Counted from the stretch's first letter, positions 46,023-57,314 are shown. The stretch: DNA of 64,000 nucleotides from Candidatus Nanohaloarchaea archaeon (GCA_013343275.1 CP046106.1:32001-96000), one strand, 5' to 3'. Program-made: numbers and translations. The notes: generated by a model from the sequence alone, not told the origin.

Positions 46023-46766
46023 CTACTCGAACTCTTTGATAGCTATACTGTACTCTCTTGCAAGTTCAAGGCTGTCATCAAGGCCTTCGGTAGATGATTC
46101 GTAAGCGATATTTTCTCTAGATGAGTAAGGCCTTATCTCAGGCTCTGAACTATCGCCTTCGCCTTTCAGCTCGAAGCTGATATTGGCCGCAGGATAACTT
46201 GTGTTTATATCACGTATCTCGATCCGGGAAGAGTTCCCCAGCGTAAAGTTACCGCCGGTACTGCTTCCCTGTCCGCCCAGGTTTGAGAAAATGTTTCGGG
46301 TATCGTTCTGGAGATTGATGTCTGCCACTCCCGAAAGGATAGTGAGAAGACAAAGCCCTCCTACTGCCAGGATCTTCTGTATAATAGTTCTGCTGGGGAT
46401 AATGCTTTCCGAAGTAACTGAACGGGCTCTATCCATTACGTCATCGAATAATGCCTGAGAAGCCACGTTCCGCTGATTAAGGTTGTCTCTCGCTGTTCTG
46501 AGCACCTCTCTCAGCTCAGGGTTCTTCTCCTCGTAGATCTCCAGCCGGTAGTTCTGACTCCTCCAGTAAAGATCAACTGCACCAACCAGGAAACTGAGGC
46601 CTGTCAGGAGGTAGAGGTTGCTGACGTTCCTGAATATCTCCACGGAAATGAAGAACAGGGCTAGGTTAGATACCAGAAAGAAGAGAATTGCATCTAGACA
46701 GGCCTGGATAACATTTACCTTGATGAATTCTCTCTTCAACTGTTTCAGTAGTTTCTCAATTCTCAT
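46023..46766 (-). CDS. Hypothetical membrane protein associated with the MoxR locus
   Basis: Three TM segments and an EEKNPELREVLRTARD motif. Confidence 0.75.
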   Translation of the reverse strand: MRIEKLLKQLKREFIKVNVIQACLDAILFFLVSNLALFFISVEIFRNVSNLYLLTGLSFLVGAVDLYWRSQNYRLEIYEEKNPELREVLRTARDNLNQRNVASQALFDDVMDRARSVTSESIIPSRTIIQKILAVGGLCLLTILSGVADINLQNDTRNIFSNLGGQGSSTGGNFTLGNSSRIEIRDINTSYPAANISFELKGEGDSSEPEIRPYSSRENIAYESSTEGLDDSLELAREYSIAIKEFE

Positions 46767-47241
46767 TGAAATCGTAGCTGTCGCATTTGTCCTGACTGCT
46801 TTGCGTTAGGTTGTTGCTGTCGTTTTCACAGATACTTTCTAGATCGATTCGCAACATTTCGGTTCTGTTCCTCAAGTCAGAAACAGTCTGGTTGAGGTTC
46901 TCAACTTCGGTTTGGAGATCATCTACCTTTGTTCTGAGGCCTCCTATAGTGTTTTCCTGCTCCTGTATGGTCTGGTTCTTATTGCTGATGATTGTTCTCA
47001 GCTGATCTGTTGTGCTGTTGAGGGTAGAAGTTCTCTCCTGTAGGTCCTGGTTTCGGCTCTGCAGGCTGTCGATTTTCTGTTCTTTATTGTTTAATTCCTG
47101 TTTTAGCTCTTTCTTGCTTGATACCAGGTTGTTGAGCTGGTCCTGGTACACTACGGATGTTCCTGCGAGAAGAGCCAGTGTTAGAACGGTTGATATCAGT
47201 AGTATAGGGTTAAGCCGTCTCTTTAGTAGCGGTGTCTCCAT
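46756..47241 (-). CDS. Membrane-anchored coiled-coil protein
   Basis: N-terminal TM, long N/Q-rich heptad region and a C-terminal Cys pair. Confidence 0.75.
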   Translation of the reverse strand: METPLLKRRLNPILLISTVLTLALLAGTSVVYQDQLNNLVSSKKELKQELNNKEQKIDSLQSRNQDLQERTSTLNSTTDQLRTIISNKNQTIQEQENTIGGLRTKVDDLQTEVENLNQTVSDLRNRTEMLRIDLESICENDSNNLTQSSQDKCDSYDFNEN

Positions 47242-47339
47242 CGGTTAAATCACTCTAACATAGAATTGTCCGGCCAATAATTTAACTTGTTGTCCAGGAA
47301 CTCCAGATTTTAAGTAGAAATCAAACCCTTATTATAGAT

Positions 47340-48935
47340 GTGAGCCACGAAAACGGAGATGAAAAACCCAAGTTCGGCCATACCTTTGAGGTTCCCGGCA
47401 GTTCTCCTGTAGGAGAGGAAATCAGGAATGGTGAGATCACCACTCTGGATGATGTTCGGGACGCAAGGGATGGGTCCGACTTTCTGCGAGAGATCATGGG
47501 AGATCATCAGCACAAGCTGAAGGTCTCCTCGGGAAGCAGCGGAACGGCCTATGGGATAATAATGGGTGCGCCGGACGCTTTCGATGACATGGGTTACACA
47601 GTGAATAAGACTGAGGAAAAAGTCTTTATCTCTCCTCAGAACCAGCTGCATCAGTCTTTCCGGCAGAGAAGAAAGGAGGCCGAGCAGAATATACAGGAGC
47701 AGATGCAGAGCATAGGCCGGCTTCGGAAGGAGAAACATATGCTTGAACATGATATTAGAAAGCTGAGATCCAGGGTAGAGGCTATCAAGGCCAAGGATGA
47801 GACACAGCTGAAATCTGATTTTATCGAACTGGTTGATGGGGCCAACGCTGGTTCCCAGCAGGGTGGTGAGGCCGCTATGAAGACGTTGCAGGAGAGAAAT
47901 ATCTATCCTTCTATCGTAGCTGATTTCCAGGAGATGGAGTCGATAGAGGATCTTGAAGAAGGCAACAAGCTTGGTGATCTACCTGCGAATGAGAAAGCTG
48001 TTCTGAAGAAGAAGTACAAGATGTACGAGGACTGGAAGGATCTCTACGGAAGCGAGGTCCAGAAGAGGTTGCAGGAGCTTAAAGGAGAGCTTAACCGTGT
48101 TGAAAGAGCTATTGAGGAGACACAGGAATGGCTGCAGCCATACGTACAGGACATGGTGATGATAGACCAGAAAGAGCAGAGCGACTACTACGAAGAAATG
48201 ACCAAATACTACACCATCGGAGGATACGCCTCTATGGAGAAGAACCTGGAGTTCATCTGTGCAAGAGGCCTGAAAAGCGAGGAAGGACAGCCTATCGTCA
48301 CCGACGATGATGACGAAATAACACACTACCAGATAGTTTACATCCACGCAGTACACGTTAACCTTGCTGGAGGAGATCAGCCTCAGCAGAACGCTGCAGG
48401 CCCAGCAACTGCAGTAGTATTCTTCTTCCCCGCAATCGTTGACAAGCATATCTATGAGGGAATATTCAAGGAGAAGATCGAGAAGATGGATAACAGGTTT
48501 GAAAGCCTGATGGATGACTACACAGGCAACTTCTCCTCTGAGAAAGGTGAGAAACTGAAGAAGGCAAGAGAGGACGAAGGAATGCGGGTTAGAGAGCTCC
48601 GTCAGGCAATAGAAGATGAGATAGAGGGAGATGTACCGCTGGAGGTATCCTCACAGATAAGAAGGATCGAAGACGGCCTTGACGACATCAGTACTCTGAA
48701 GAAAGAGTATGTAGAGGCCATCGATGAGATACTTGATGAAGATTTCTCCGAGGAAGCGGAAAGCAGTGGCCCTGACTTCTACGAGGGGGTTGAGCTTAAA
48801 TTAAGAAAATTCCTGGGGGAAACAGATCGCTATGTCATTGATGCCGGTGCTGCACTGGGAGAACTGCAGGGCCAGATCACTAACTCTTTCTACTACGACT
48901 TCAAAATCGGAAACGGCTTGAACACGATGAAATAG
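47340..48935 (+). CDS. Large hypothetical protein with coiled-coil regions
   Basis: 531-aa acidic ORF with consistent codon bias, 3 nt from the next gene; possible HTH-like segment near the C-terminus. Confidence 0.8.
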   Translation: MSHENGDEKPKFGHTFEVPGSSPVGEEIRNGEITTLDDVRDARDGSDFLREIMGDHQHKLKVSSGSSGTAYGIIMGAPDAFDDMGYTVNKTEEKVFISPQNQLHQSFRQRRKEAEQNIQEQMQSIGRLRKEKHMLEHDIRKLRSRVEAIKAKDETQLKSDFIELVDGANAGSQQGGEAAMKTLQERNIYPSIVADFQEMESIEDLEEGNKLGDLPANEKAVLKKKYKMYEDWKDLYGSEVQKRLQELKGELNRVERAIEETQEWLQPYVQDMVMIDQKEQSDYYEEMTKYYTIGGYASMEKNLEFICARGLKSEEGQPIVTDDDDEITHYQIVYIHAVHVNLAGGDQPQQNAAGPATAVVFFFPAIVDKHIYEGIFKEKIEKMDNRFESLMDDYTGNFSSEKGEKLKKAREDEGMRVRELRQAIEDEIEGDVPLEVSSQIRRIEDGLDDISTLKKEYVEAIDEILDEDFSEEAESSGPDFYEGVELKLRKFLGETDRYVIDAGAALGELQGQITNSFYYDFKIGNGLNTMK

Positions 48936-48938
48936 AAA

Positions 48939-51635
48939 ATGAGCTTTATCATAGATGCAGTTAAGAGAAACCTGGGGTCTGAAAGCAGCGATGAGGGAGG
49001 AGGCTTTCCGGATCTGAACTATATGATCGGTAACTCCTCTGCGATGGATAGAGGAGAGGTTCCAACGCCACTCGACCAGAGAATAGGTTATGCGGCCCAG
49101 ATAGGTGGAAGTGTAATGGAGCTCCAGATAACCAACCCCTCCACGTTTACTCTGGAGAGGGATAAGATGATCTCCACAATCGACCAGCTGGGGATCGATG
49201 TAACACTCCACAGCGACATGAATGCTGGATACGCTTCACCCCAGAAATCGGGGCAGCAAGGCTATGGATACGATACTGTTGAAGACTACTTCACTGAGTA
49301 CCTGCAGGAGCTGGCTCTGTTCAAGAGAGAAGTCGAAAAGAGAGGAGAGAATGGCCCGCTTTTCAACATTGGTAGAATCAATCCGCATATCTCCACTACT
49401 CCACTACCTCCTCTAGAGGAGAGAATGGAGACAGATGTAGGTGTAGATCCTTTCGGTTTCACGATAAATAACTATGATGAAAACGCCCGGAAGCAGAGAA
49501 ACTACGCCAAGCAGAATATCTACAAGAATCCGGATTTCCTCCGTAAACTGTACTACACGCTTTTCCTCGAGACAGCTAACTATCCTTTCCAGAACTATCA
49601 GACCTTCGCCTCCTACTCGAACCAGTTCGATGAAGAATGGCTGGAGGCGCAACATGAAGCAGCCTGGAGGCTTTTCCAGGAAGAAGCACAATCTGTCGAA
49701 GATAAGCTAGCTGCAGTTATGACAACCCGACAGAGAGATCAAGGGATTGGACGTAAATGGCTGGAAATACTTGATAGTGAGATAGAGTTAGATTACGGGT
49801 TCCCTCGGTTTGAAATTGATATAGAAACCGATGATGATGGTAACTTCGAAGCATATAATGGTGTTGAAAAGGACTCTATTGACGACCTCAAAATGGTTCT
49901 TGGAATTTTATCCGGCAATCCAAGAGACACACAGGATCTTCGCCAAATGGACAGTATGCTTTATAAAGTAGATAATATACAACAAGAGAGGTTTCACAAG
50001 ACAGGAGACGAATTGCCTGACGATGCTCCTGATGGGCTAATAGATCAGGTAAATAATGATATAAGCTCGAAAGTAGATGAGGGAAGGCTTATTGGAAGTA
50101 TAAAAAATGGCGTTAAAGAGGCCTTGAATAATCTCTGGCATGTTGAGGATGCTGATAGCCCTGATGAGCAGAATATTTCTCAGGATGCGAAATGGAATGC
50201 ATTGCAGAGCGCATTAGAAGTTCAGCAGATAAGACTTCTTGAAGTTGCGTACGATATCGGTAAGAAGAACCACGATATTGAGGAGAAAGCTGCTAGAGTG
50301 TTCAGTGGCGCAGATAACTATGAGATGTTCGACTCCAGCGATAGAGAGGATATCGAAGATGAAGAGGCCATGCATGAGGATCTTCTTGAAAGACTTCTGC
50401 AGGGCCAGCAGTTCCAGAGGGAGATGTGGAAGGAGTCAACTATTTTCTATCAGGTGATTCCAGCCTGGATGGCGGCCAGCAGCAATGACTCTCACGAATA
50501 CCATGAAGGATGGGAGGCCCCTGAGTTCATATGGGAGGTTCTCGTTGAGAAATGGAATGATAAAGACGGTGTCGAGATTGACTTGGAGGATCCCCGTAAC
50601 GGTATGGAGGGGACTGACAGGTATATGGATTTACTGGAGAAGAGCGATGAGTTCCAGATGGATGTTGCTGCGGCCGTGGGAGCATGCTATGCCTGGGGGC
50701 ACTTCACCCAGCACAGGAGCCAGTTCAACCTGAGAAACAGGGATTTCGGCCTGGAAGATGACGAGGCTGAAGAGGTTGAGCGAGAGGGCTGGACATGGAT
50801 CGACTGGATGAACAGGTTCGGTATAGGGGTTAACCTTGAGACAATGGCCGGTAGCCCTCAGCAGAAGTTCAAGGTCTGGAGGCCTAAAGATATCTCGGTA
50901 GCAGCCCACGCAATAAACATGACTGCAAGAAACAAGCTTGATGAAGAAGGAGAGCTGGGAGGGAAGAGCGAGATACATCCAGAGCTTGACGGCTGTCCAG
51001 CAAAGTTCACTATAGATATGGAGCACGTGGCCTCTCTGGGAGCGCCTCCGTGGGAGGAGATGGACCTATTTATAGAGCAGGAGGAAGAGCTGGCGGGCGA
51101 CTGGCCTGAACTCGATATAGATTCTGACAAGCCTATTGCCAAGATACTGCGCCAGTACCACTTAATGGATCCTGGAGTTGAGTCGGATAGAGGAACACAT
51201 CACGGAGCTTTCAAGAGAGGAAATACTCAGATATATGAATGGCTGTATAAACTGGTGGAGAAAGGATTTGCCCGTAACGAGAACGAGCCAGCTACACTAC
51301 TTTTCGAACTTGCTGAGCACAAAGGAGAGTCCAGCTTTATGATGAGAATATCCATGGATATGATTGAAGTAGGTGTAACACCTGACGAGCTTGATCCAAG
51401 CAATGTGGATCCGGGAGAGGACTACCAGAGTGAGAAAGAGGCCCTTATCGCCAGATTCTTCGGAATGGATCAATCCAGCTACGACAGGGAATGGGCGAAG
51501 ATAGAGGAACATGCATTTGACCCTCTGGAAGGCCTTCTGGAGGCAGATGAATTTAATGAGACGCATCAGGGCTCTGCTGCACTGGAGCAGGGTAATAAAA
51601 GGTATAACGAGTGGAAACCTGAGGAGTATAAGTAG
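48939..51635 (+). CDS. Large xylose-isomerase/AP-endonuclease-2-like TIM-barrel protein with a long insertion
   Basis: N-terminal MELQ, VTLHSD and INPHIST; C-terminal VNLETM, FTIDMEH, QYHLMD, HHGAFKRGN and LLFE follow the metal-ligand order of this fold. Confidence 0.65.
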   Translation: MSFIIDAVKRNLGSESSDEGGGFPDLNYMIGNSSAMDRGEVPTPLDQRIGYAAQIGGSVMELQITNPSTFTLERDKMISTIDQLGIDVTLHSDMNAGYASPQKSGQQGYGYDTVEDYFTEYLQELALFKREVEKRGENGPLFNIGRINPHISTTPLPPLEERMETDVGVDPFGFTINNYDENARKQRNYAKQNIYKNPDFLRKLYYTLFLETANYPFQNYQTFASYSNQFDEEWLEAQHEAAWRLFQEEAQSVEDKLAAVMTTRQRDQGIGRKWLEILDSEIELDYGFPRFEIDIETDDDGNFEAYNGVEKDSIDDLKMVLGILSGNPRDTQDLRQMDSMLYKVDNIQQERFHKTGDELPDDAPDGLIDQVNNDISSKVDEGRLIGSIKNGVKEALNNLWHVEDADSPDEQNISQDAKWNALQSALEVQQIRLLEVAYDIGKKNHDIEEKAARVFSGADNYEMFDSSDREDIEDEEAMHEDLLERLLQGQQFQREMWKESTIFYQVIPAWMAASSNDSHEYHEGWEAPEFIWEVLVEKWNDKDGVEIDLEDPRNGMEGTDRYMDLLEKSDEFQMDVAAAVGACYAWGHFTQHRSQFNLRNRDFGLEDDEAEEVEREGWTWIDWMNRFGIGVNLETMAGSPQQKFKVWRPKDISVAAHAINMTARNKLDEEGELGGKSEIHPELDGCPAKFTIDMEHVASLGAPPWEEMDLFIEQEEELAGDWPELDIDSDKPIAKILRQYHLMDPGVESDRGTHHGAFKRGNTQIYEWLYKLVEKGFARNENEPATLLFELAEHKGESSFMMRISMDMIEVGVTPDELDPSNVDPGEDYQSEKEALIARFFGMDQSSYDREWAKIEEHAFDPLEGLLEADEFNETHQGSAALEQGNKRYNEWKPEEYK

Positions 51636-51639
51636 AACT

Positions 51640-52062
51640 TTAATTTCGATAGAATCCTTTAACCTTGTCTGGTGAGAAATCTGAAAAATCTTCTAGGTAT
51701 TCTTTAGGCCCAAAAGCAACAGTTTCTTCGCCGCTACGGGAGTTCGCAAGAATATCTGATATCTGATAGCTTGAACCAGGATATTCGAAGAAGAATACTG
51801 ATTCATTGTGTATTTTATCGGATTCTGCAACGTCTTCCTGGTACTCTTCCGATGCAAAAATTCTTGCATTGTTATTACTGGAGTAGTTCTTGAAAACAGT
51901 TTCTTCAAAATCTGCAAAGGACTTTCTGTTGTAGTCGTTATTGCCTCCCATCAGGGCAATGTTGTCGGTGGAATCAGTCTTTCTCAGAAATTTGAGCGCA
52001 CCTGGAAGTGTCTGGAGTTTCTCGCTTCCTTCCAGCAACTCATCCCAGACTTTGTTTACCAT
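51640..52062 (-). CDS. Hypothetical protein (AT-rich)
   Basis: ORF from ATG 52062 (MVNKVWDELL), on the opposite strand to its neighbours. Confidence 0.55.
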   Translation of the reverse strand: MVNKVWDELLEGSEKLQTLPGALKFLRKTDSTDNIALMGGNNDYNRKSFADFEETVFKNYSSNNNARIFASEEYQEDVAESDKIHNESVFFFEYPGSSYQISDILANSRSGEETVAFGPKEYLEDFSDFSPDKVKGFYRN

Positions 52063-52127
52063 AAAGTAACAAATTATTGCAAAAGTTTTTAAGTTTGTCT
52101 TGACTAAACGGTTAATGTGATTGAGCA

Positions 52128-53381
52128 ATGAGTTCTAAGGACAAGTTGAAGGAGATGAGGGAGAAATCCCAGGAGAGAAGGATTGAGGCTGTCGAAGAGT
52201 TCTCCGACAAGCTGCAGGAAAAGCTAGGAGATAAGGTCAAGGTTGTAGCTGTCTGGGGATCTGTTCCGAAAGGAGAGCATGGCTATGACTCCGATATAGA
52301 TACTCTTGTCATTTTAGACGATACTAAGTTGAAGAAAGACGTTCCTGACGATGCAAAGAAGAAGATCAGGAAGAAAGTTACTAATCTAGCGAAGGAAACA
52401 GATGAAAGGATTACAATTCAGTACTTCCCATTCCTTACAGACTTCTGGGACTCTCTCAGAAAAGGAGAGCCTCTAGCAATCGAAGCAGTAAGAAATGGCG
52501 AACCTGTATACGACACAGGCCTGTTCATGCCTGCAAAAAGACTTCTGGAGAGAGGAAAGATCTCCGGAACTCAGGAATCTGTCAAGAAAAGGTTGAAGAT
52601 GGGTGCAGCAGGATACAAGAAGGCCGAGAAAAACTTCAAGTCCTCCATCCCTCACAAGCTGGAGCAATCGATGGCCAATGCTGGTCAGGCCCCTATCATG
52701 CTTGCCGGCAAGGCCCCTCCAGGAAAGGAGAATGTACCGGATACTCTAGAGGAGATGTTTGTGGAGCAGGGTATGCTTGAGGAAGAGTATGTTGAAAAGG
52801 CCCGTGAGATCTACGAGTTCGCAGATACTGGTGAGAAGGATCCTGAAGAGGTTACTGGTGAGGCAGTAGAAGAACATCTGGATAAGACTGATGACTTTGT
52901 CCGCAGAATGCATAAACTTGTGTCGCAGCTGGGAGCAAGGAAGAAGGTCAAGGGCATCGTCGATGACTACAAGAAGTTCCTCAAGGCCAACGTGGCAGCC
53001 CTTAAATCGCAAGGTGTCTCTCCACCGGAAGATAAGAGCGACTTGCCTGGTGTAGTAGAAGAGAACCTTGATGTCGGCGATGAGCATATTGAGATGTTCG
53101 ACCGCTGGGAGGACGTCATCGAAAAGGTCAAGGCCAAGGAACTAGATGATGTGCCAGAGAAGGAGATCTACGAGCTGAAAAGCGAGACCCGTGACTTTGT
53201 CTCAGAAGTCGGCAAGGATATCCAGAAGATGAAGGACGAGAAGAAAGACATGGGGCCGAACGTTGATACCTCCGAGATTGCGGAAGCGGCTGACACAAAA
53301 GACATGATGCCTAACCTAGAGAAAGAGGCTGAAAGAAAGGTCGAACAGGAAGAGGAAGAAGAGGAAGAGGCCGAGAAGTAG
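52128..53381 (+). CDS. Minimal nucleotidyltransferase (DNA pol beta superfamily) domain plus HEPN-like helical domain
   Basis: WGSVPKGEHGYDSDIDTLVILDD (GS..DxD) and VRNGEPVYD, followed by a helical bundle. Confidence 0.82.
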   Translation: MSSKDKLKEMREKSQERRIEAVEEFSDKLQEKLGDKVKVVAVWGSVPKGEHGYDSDIDTLVILDDTKLKKDVPDDAKKKIRKKVTNLAKETDERITIQYFPFLTDFWDSLRKGEPLAIEAVRNGEPVYDTGLFMPAKRLLERGKISGTQESVKKRLKMGAAGYKKAEKNFKSSIPHKLEQSMANAGQAPIMLAGKAPPGKENVPDTLEEMFVEQGMLEEEYVEKAREIYEFADTGEKDPEEVTGEAVEEHLDKTDDFVRRMHKLVSQLGARKKVKGIVDDYKKFLKANVAALKSQGVSPPEDKSDLPGVVEENLDVGDEHIEMFDRWEDVIEKVKAKELDDVPEKEIYELKSETRDFVSEVGKDIQKMKDEKKDMGPNVDTSEIAEAADTKDMMPNLEKEAERKVEQEEEEEEEAEK

Positions 53382-53384
53382 TTT

Positions 53385-54014
53385 TTAGGCCTCTTCTGAC
53401 ATTTCCTTAACTTTCTTCATACGGAATGTTTCTTCTCTTTCGCTTTCTTCCAGTGTCTGTGATACGTAGTCGAGATCTTCCTTCATTTCTGGAATTGTCT
53501 TGTGTTCCAGTGCGTTGACACGTCTCTTCGTCTTCTCGATCTCATCCAGAAGTTTGAGTACTTTGGTCTGTGTCTCCGCAGCCTGTATGATCTTCTCAAT
53601 CAGTTCCTCGTATCTATCTGCTACAGAGTCGATCCTGGAGGTTGAGGTGGTCAGGCCGTACTCTCTTTCGGTAACTGTTCTCTGAACGCTTTCTGATTCT
53701 ATTTCAGGGACTACTACACCCATGATGTTCTGTGTTTCGGCCTTGATCTGCGGTTCGTTCTCAACATGCAGAGTGTTGGCCAGTAGAGTATCTTCGCCGT
53801 CGTACACCTTGGCCAGCAGAAGCTTCAATCGGGCCTCGGAGTAGAGATCGGCTAGTTCCTGGTTTACGTCCCTTGCATCACCGATTATCTCCATGAACTC
53901 GTGGATCAGGCCGTCTCTTTTCTTCTCCAGGATTTCGTGGCCGTTCTCTGCAAGCTCTATCTTCTCTTTCAGCTTGAGTTCTTCTGAACGTGTTGGTTTT
54001 ACGTCTTGGCTCAT
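53385..54014 (-). CDS. atpD: A-type ATP synthase subunit D
   Basis: KPTRSE, LEKKRDGL, NIMGVVVP and KTKRRVNALE motifs. Confidence 0.97.
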   Translation of the reverse strand: MSQDVKPTRSEELKLKEKIELAENGHEILEKKRDGLIHEFMEIIGDARDVNQELADLYSEARLKLLLAKVYDGEDTLLANTLHVENEPQIKAETQNIMGVVVPEIESESVQRTVTEREYGLTTSTSRIDSVADRYEELIEKIIQAAETQTKVLKLLDEIEKTKRRVNALEHKTIPEMKEDLDYVSQTLEESEREETFRMKKVKEMSEEA

Positions 54015-54044
54015 ATAATCACCTTTTTAGGAGCGAAGAGGTTT

Positions 54045-55439
54045 TTACTCCTCTTCCTCTTCGCTGGTTTCTGGCAGGTATTTCTCCCGAGTTTCTGGGT
54101 CCACTCTTGTGAGTTCTCCTTCTGGAACGATGGAGAGCAGATCCCACGCGATGGAGAGTGATTCCTCGATATCTCTGTTGGTTCGGGTTCCTTGATCAAT
54201 AATCTCCTGCTCGAACTGCCTCGTGAACTCGAGAACTTTCTCATCTCTGTCGCTCAGTGCGTCCTCTCCGACAATCGAAACCAGGTCTCTCAGGTTCTCA
54301 CCTTCTGCGTACAGAGCGTAGAGCTGGTCCTTGAGGTCGCCGTGGTCTTCACGGGTGTAACCCTCTCCGATACCGTTGTCCATAAGACGGGAAAGCGATG
54401 GAAGCACATCTACAGGAGGTTTCAGACCTTTGTTATCGAGATCTCTGTCCACAACGATCTGTCCTTCTGTAATGTATCCTGTAAGGTCAGGGATCGGGTG
54501 TGTCTTGTCGTCGTTAGGCATTGTCAGGATCGGGATCTGTGTGACTGATCCTTCACGGCCTTCGATAATTCCTGCTCTCTCGTAGATCTCTGCCAGGTCT
54601 GTGTACATGTATCCTGGGTAACCACGACGGCCTGGAACTTCCTCTCTTGCGGCTGATACTTCACGCAGTGCGTTGGCGTAGTTTGTCATGTCGGTCATGA
54701 TGACAAGCACTTCCATACCTTTCTCGAAAGCCAGGTACTCTGCAGTTGTCAGGGCCAGCCGTGGAGTGATCAGTCTCTCCGGTGCTGGATCGTCGGCCTT
54801 GTTCAGGAATACGACCGAGCGCTCAAGTGCTCCGGTCTCTCTGAACTCTTCGATGAACTCCTTGGACTCTTCATCTGTAATACCCATACCTGCGAACACT
54901 ACAGCGAATTCGTCGTCCTCTCCGGAAACATCGGCCTGTCGAGCGATCTGCATTGAAAGCTCGTTGTGCGGAAGGCCTGATCCCGAGAAGATAGGAAGCT
55001 TCTGTCCTCTTACCAGTGTGTTCATCAGGTCGATTGTCGTGATTCCTGTCTGGATGAAGTCCTCAGGTAGCTCACGAGAGTAAGGGTTGATGGCCTCCCC
55101 CTGGATATCTCTTTCCTCTTCAGGGATGATCTCTGGTCCGTCGTCGATTGGGTCTCCGGTTCCGTCAAGGATCCTGCCCAGTAGGTCGTCTGTTACGGGC
55201 ATTTTGACGTTCTGGTCCAGGAACTTGACGTGTGCATCTTTTCCGATTCCCTGTGTTTCCTCGTAGACCTGTACAACTACTACGTCTTTAGATGTCTCGA
55301 GGACTTCTCCTCTCTTTGTTTCGCCATCCGGCGTCTCGATTTCTACAATGTCTCCGTAGGCGATGTCTCGGGTTTTCTCTACGTATACGAGAGGTCCTTT
55401 AACTTCGTTGATCGTCTTGTATTCTTCTTGTTGGCTCAT
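54045..55439 (-). CDS. atpB: A-type ATP synthase subunit B
   Basis: [44 protein letters not shown] and LPSLSRLM motifs. Confidence 0.98.
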   Translation of the reverse strand: MSQQEEYKTINEVKGPLVYVEKTRDIAYGDIVEIETPDGETKRGEVLETSKDVVVVQVYEETQGIGKDAHVKFLDQNVKMPVTDDLLGRILDGTGDPIDDGPEIIPEEERDIQGEAINPYSRELPEDFIQTGITTIDLMNTLVRGQKLPIFSGSGLPHNELSMQIARQADVSGEDDEFAVVFAGMGITDEESKEFIEEFRETGALERSVVFLNKADDPAPERLITPRLALTTAEYLAFEKGMEVLVIMTDMTNYANALREVSAAREEVPGRRGYPGYMYTDLAEIYERAGIIEGREGSVTQIPILTMPNDDKTHPIPDLTGYITEGQIVVDRDLDNKGLKPPVDVLPSLSRLMDNGIGEGYTREDHGDLKDQLYALYAEGENLRDLVSIVGEDALSDRDEKVLEFTRQFEQEIIDQGTRTNRDIEESLSIAWDLLSIVPEGELTRVDPETREKYLPETSEEEEE

Positions 55440-55492
55440 TCTACATCACCTTGTGATGTTGATCTTAGAAAATCTTGCATTTTCGGCCACCT

Positions 55493-57229
55493 CTACTCCT
55501 CGACTACCTCGTCGAACTCCTGTTCCATCTGATCACGGATTTCCTGAACTGTTTCCAGGTAGTCCTCTGAGGTTGCTACCTCGCTGATACGGTTTTTGGA
55601 GTCGAGGGTGATGATGTCTTCTACAAGTGCTCCTTCTTCGAGGGCCTCGTAGGCGTTGTTACCCCAGTCGAGGATCAGGTCGAGTATTTCATGGGTTTTC
55701 TCTGGTTCTGAGTACTGGTCTACAGGGTGGAAAGCGTTCTGCTGTAGGTAGAACTGTTTGACCATGTCTGCAATCTCTAGAGTCAGTCTTTCACGGTCTG
55801 GAAGTGCGTCCTTACCTACAAGCTGAACTGTTTCCTGGAGCTCTCCGTCCTTCTGAAGAAGGTCTTTGGCTTCCTGTATGTTTTCCTCCCATTCTTCGTC
55901 GACTTCTTCGCTGAAGTAGTCAACTAGTTTGTCGGAGTATCCTGAGTAGGAGTCATCCCAGTTGATCGATGGGAAGTGCCTCTTCTCGGCGAGGTCTGCA
56001 TCCAGTGCCCAGAAGTTCTTCGCTACACGTAGAGTGTTCTGGGTTACTGGCTCCGAGAAGTCTCCTCCTGGAGGTGAGACTGCTCCGATGATGGAGACAG
56101 ATCCTGGATCATCAGGGCCTAGAGGTTTGACTCTTCCTGCTCTCTCGTAGAACTCTGCGAGTCGAGAGGCCAGGTATGCTGGGTATCCTCTTTCTCCAGG
56201 CATCTCTTCGAGTCTTGCTGATACTTCACGCATAGCTTCTGCCCATCTTGATGTTGAGTCTGCCATCAGGGCTACGTCGAGACCCATGTCTCTGAAGTAT
56301 TCTGCGATTGTTACTCCGGTATAAATGGAGGCCTCTCTTGCTGCTACTGGCATGTTTGATGTGTTTGCAATCAGTACTGTACGGTTGATGATTTTGTCTC
56401 CTGTCTGTGGATCCTCAAGTTCTGGGAACTCTTCGAGGACTTCTGTCATCTCGTTTCCTCTTTCTCCGCATCCGATGTATACGATGATGTCTGCATCGGA
56501 GAACTTGGCCAAGGACTGCTGTGTAACAGTTTTTCCTGAACCGAATGGCCCTGGAATGGCTGCTGTTCCTCCTTTTGCGATTGGGAAGAATCCGTCAAGT
56601 ACTCTCTGGCCTGTGATCAGAGGAACTTCTGGCTTCATCTTTTCTTCTTCCTCTCTCGGCTGTCTGATAGGCCATTCCTGTCTCATCTGGATTTCTTCGC
56701 CGTCTTCCAGAGTGACTACTGTTTCTTTGACTGTGTGTTCTCCGGCCCGGATTTCTTCGATTGTTCCTCCTTCGCTTCCCGGTGGAACCATTACCTTGTG
56801 TGTTCCGAAGTCTACATCGACTTTACCGATTACATCGCCGGAACTGACTTCGTCGCCTTCCTCTCTTGTAGGCCTGAAGTCATATTCTTCTTCCATGTCG
56901 ATTCCTGGTGCGTCTTCACCTCTTTCGATGAAGTCGCCGGTCATCTCCTGCAGTACCGGTAGAGGTCTCTGAAGTCCGTCGTAGATGGAGCCTAGAAGTC
57001 CTGGCCCTAGCTCTACGGATAGTGGTTCTTCAGTGTTCTCTACAGGTTCTCCCGGTTTTACTCCGGTTGTCTGTTCGTAGACCTGTATGTATGATTTTTC
57101 TCCTTCGATTTGGATAACTTCTCCCATGAGTCCTTCTTCGCCGACTTTAACTACGTCGTACATCTGAGGATCCATGCCGGTAGCGATAACCACCGGACCT
57201 GCTACTTTGTAAATTTCTCCATCAGCCAT
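55493..57229 (-). CDS. atpA: A-type ATP synthase subunit A (no intein)
   Basis: [30 protein letters not shown] and [13 protein letters not shown] motifs. Confidence 0.98.
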   Translation of the reverse strand: MADGEIYKVAGPVVIATGMDPQMYDVVKVGEEGLMGEVIQIEGEKSYIQVYEQTTGVKPGEPVENTEEPLSVELGPGLLGSIYDGLQRPLPVLQEMTGDFIERGEDAPGIDMEEEYDFRPTREEGDEVSSGDVIGKVDVDFGTHKVMVPPGSEGGTIEEIRAGEHTVKETVVTLEDGEEIQMRQEWPIRQPREEEEKMKPEVPLITGQRVLDGFFPIAKGGTAAIPGPFGSGKTVTQQSLAKFSDADIIVYIGCGERGNEMTEVLEEFPELEDPQTGDKIINRTVLIANTSNMPVAAREASIYTGVTIAEYFRDMGLDVALMADSTSRWAEAMREVSARLEEMPGERGYPAYLASRLAEFYERAGRVKPLGPDDPGSVSIIGAVSPPGGDFSEPVTQNTLRVAKNFWALDADLAEKRHFPSINWDDSYSGYSDKLVDYFSEEVDEEWEENIQEAKDLLQKDGELQETVQLVGKDALPDRERLTLEIADMVKQFYLQQNAFHPVDQYSEPEKTHEILDLILDWGNNAYEALEEGALVEDIITLDSKNRISEVATSEDYLETVQEIRDQMEQEFDEVVEE

Positions 57230-57314
57230 TACTGTTCACCTCGAACAGTTGTGCTTTGTAGAAAACTTTGAGTTTTCGATTTCATTTTTGTGTTTCACCT
57301 TATAGTATGAGTTT

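Noticed and set aside
52128-53381. MNT-HEPN toxin-antitoxin pair
   Set aside because: It is a single long polypeptide with no recognisable RxxxxH RNase motif and no separate toxin gene.
55493-57229. Intein in AtpA (or RpoB)
   Set aside because: Protein lengths and motif continuity are normal, with no insertion at the P-loop.
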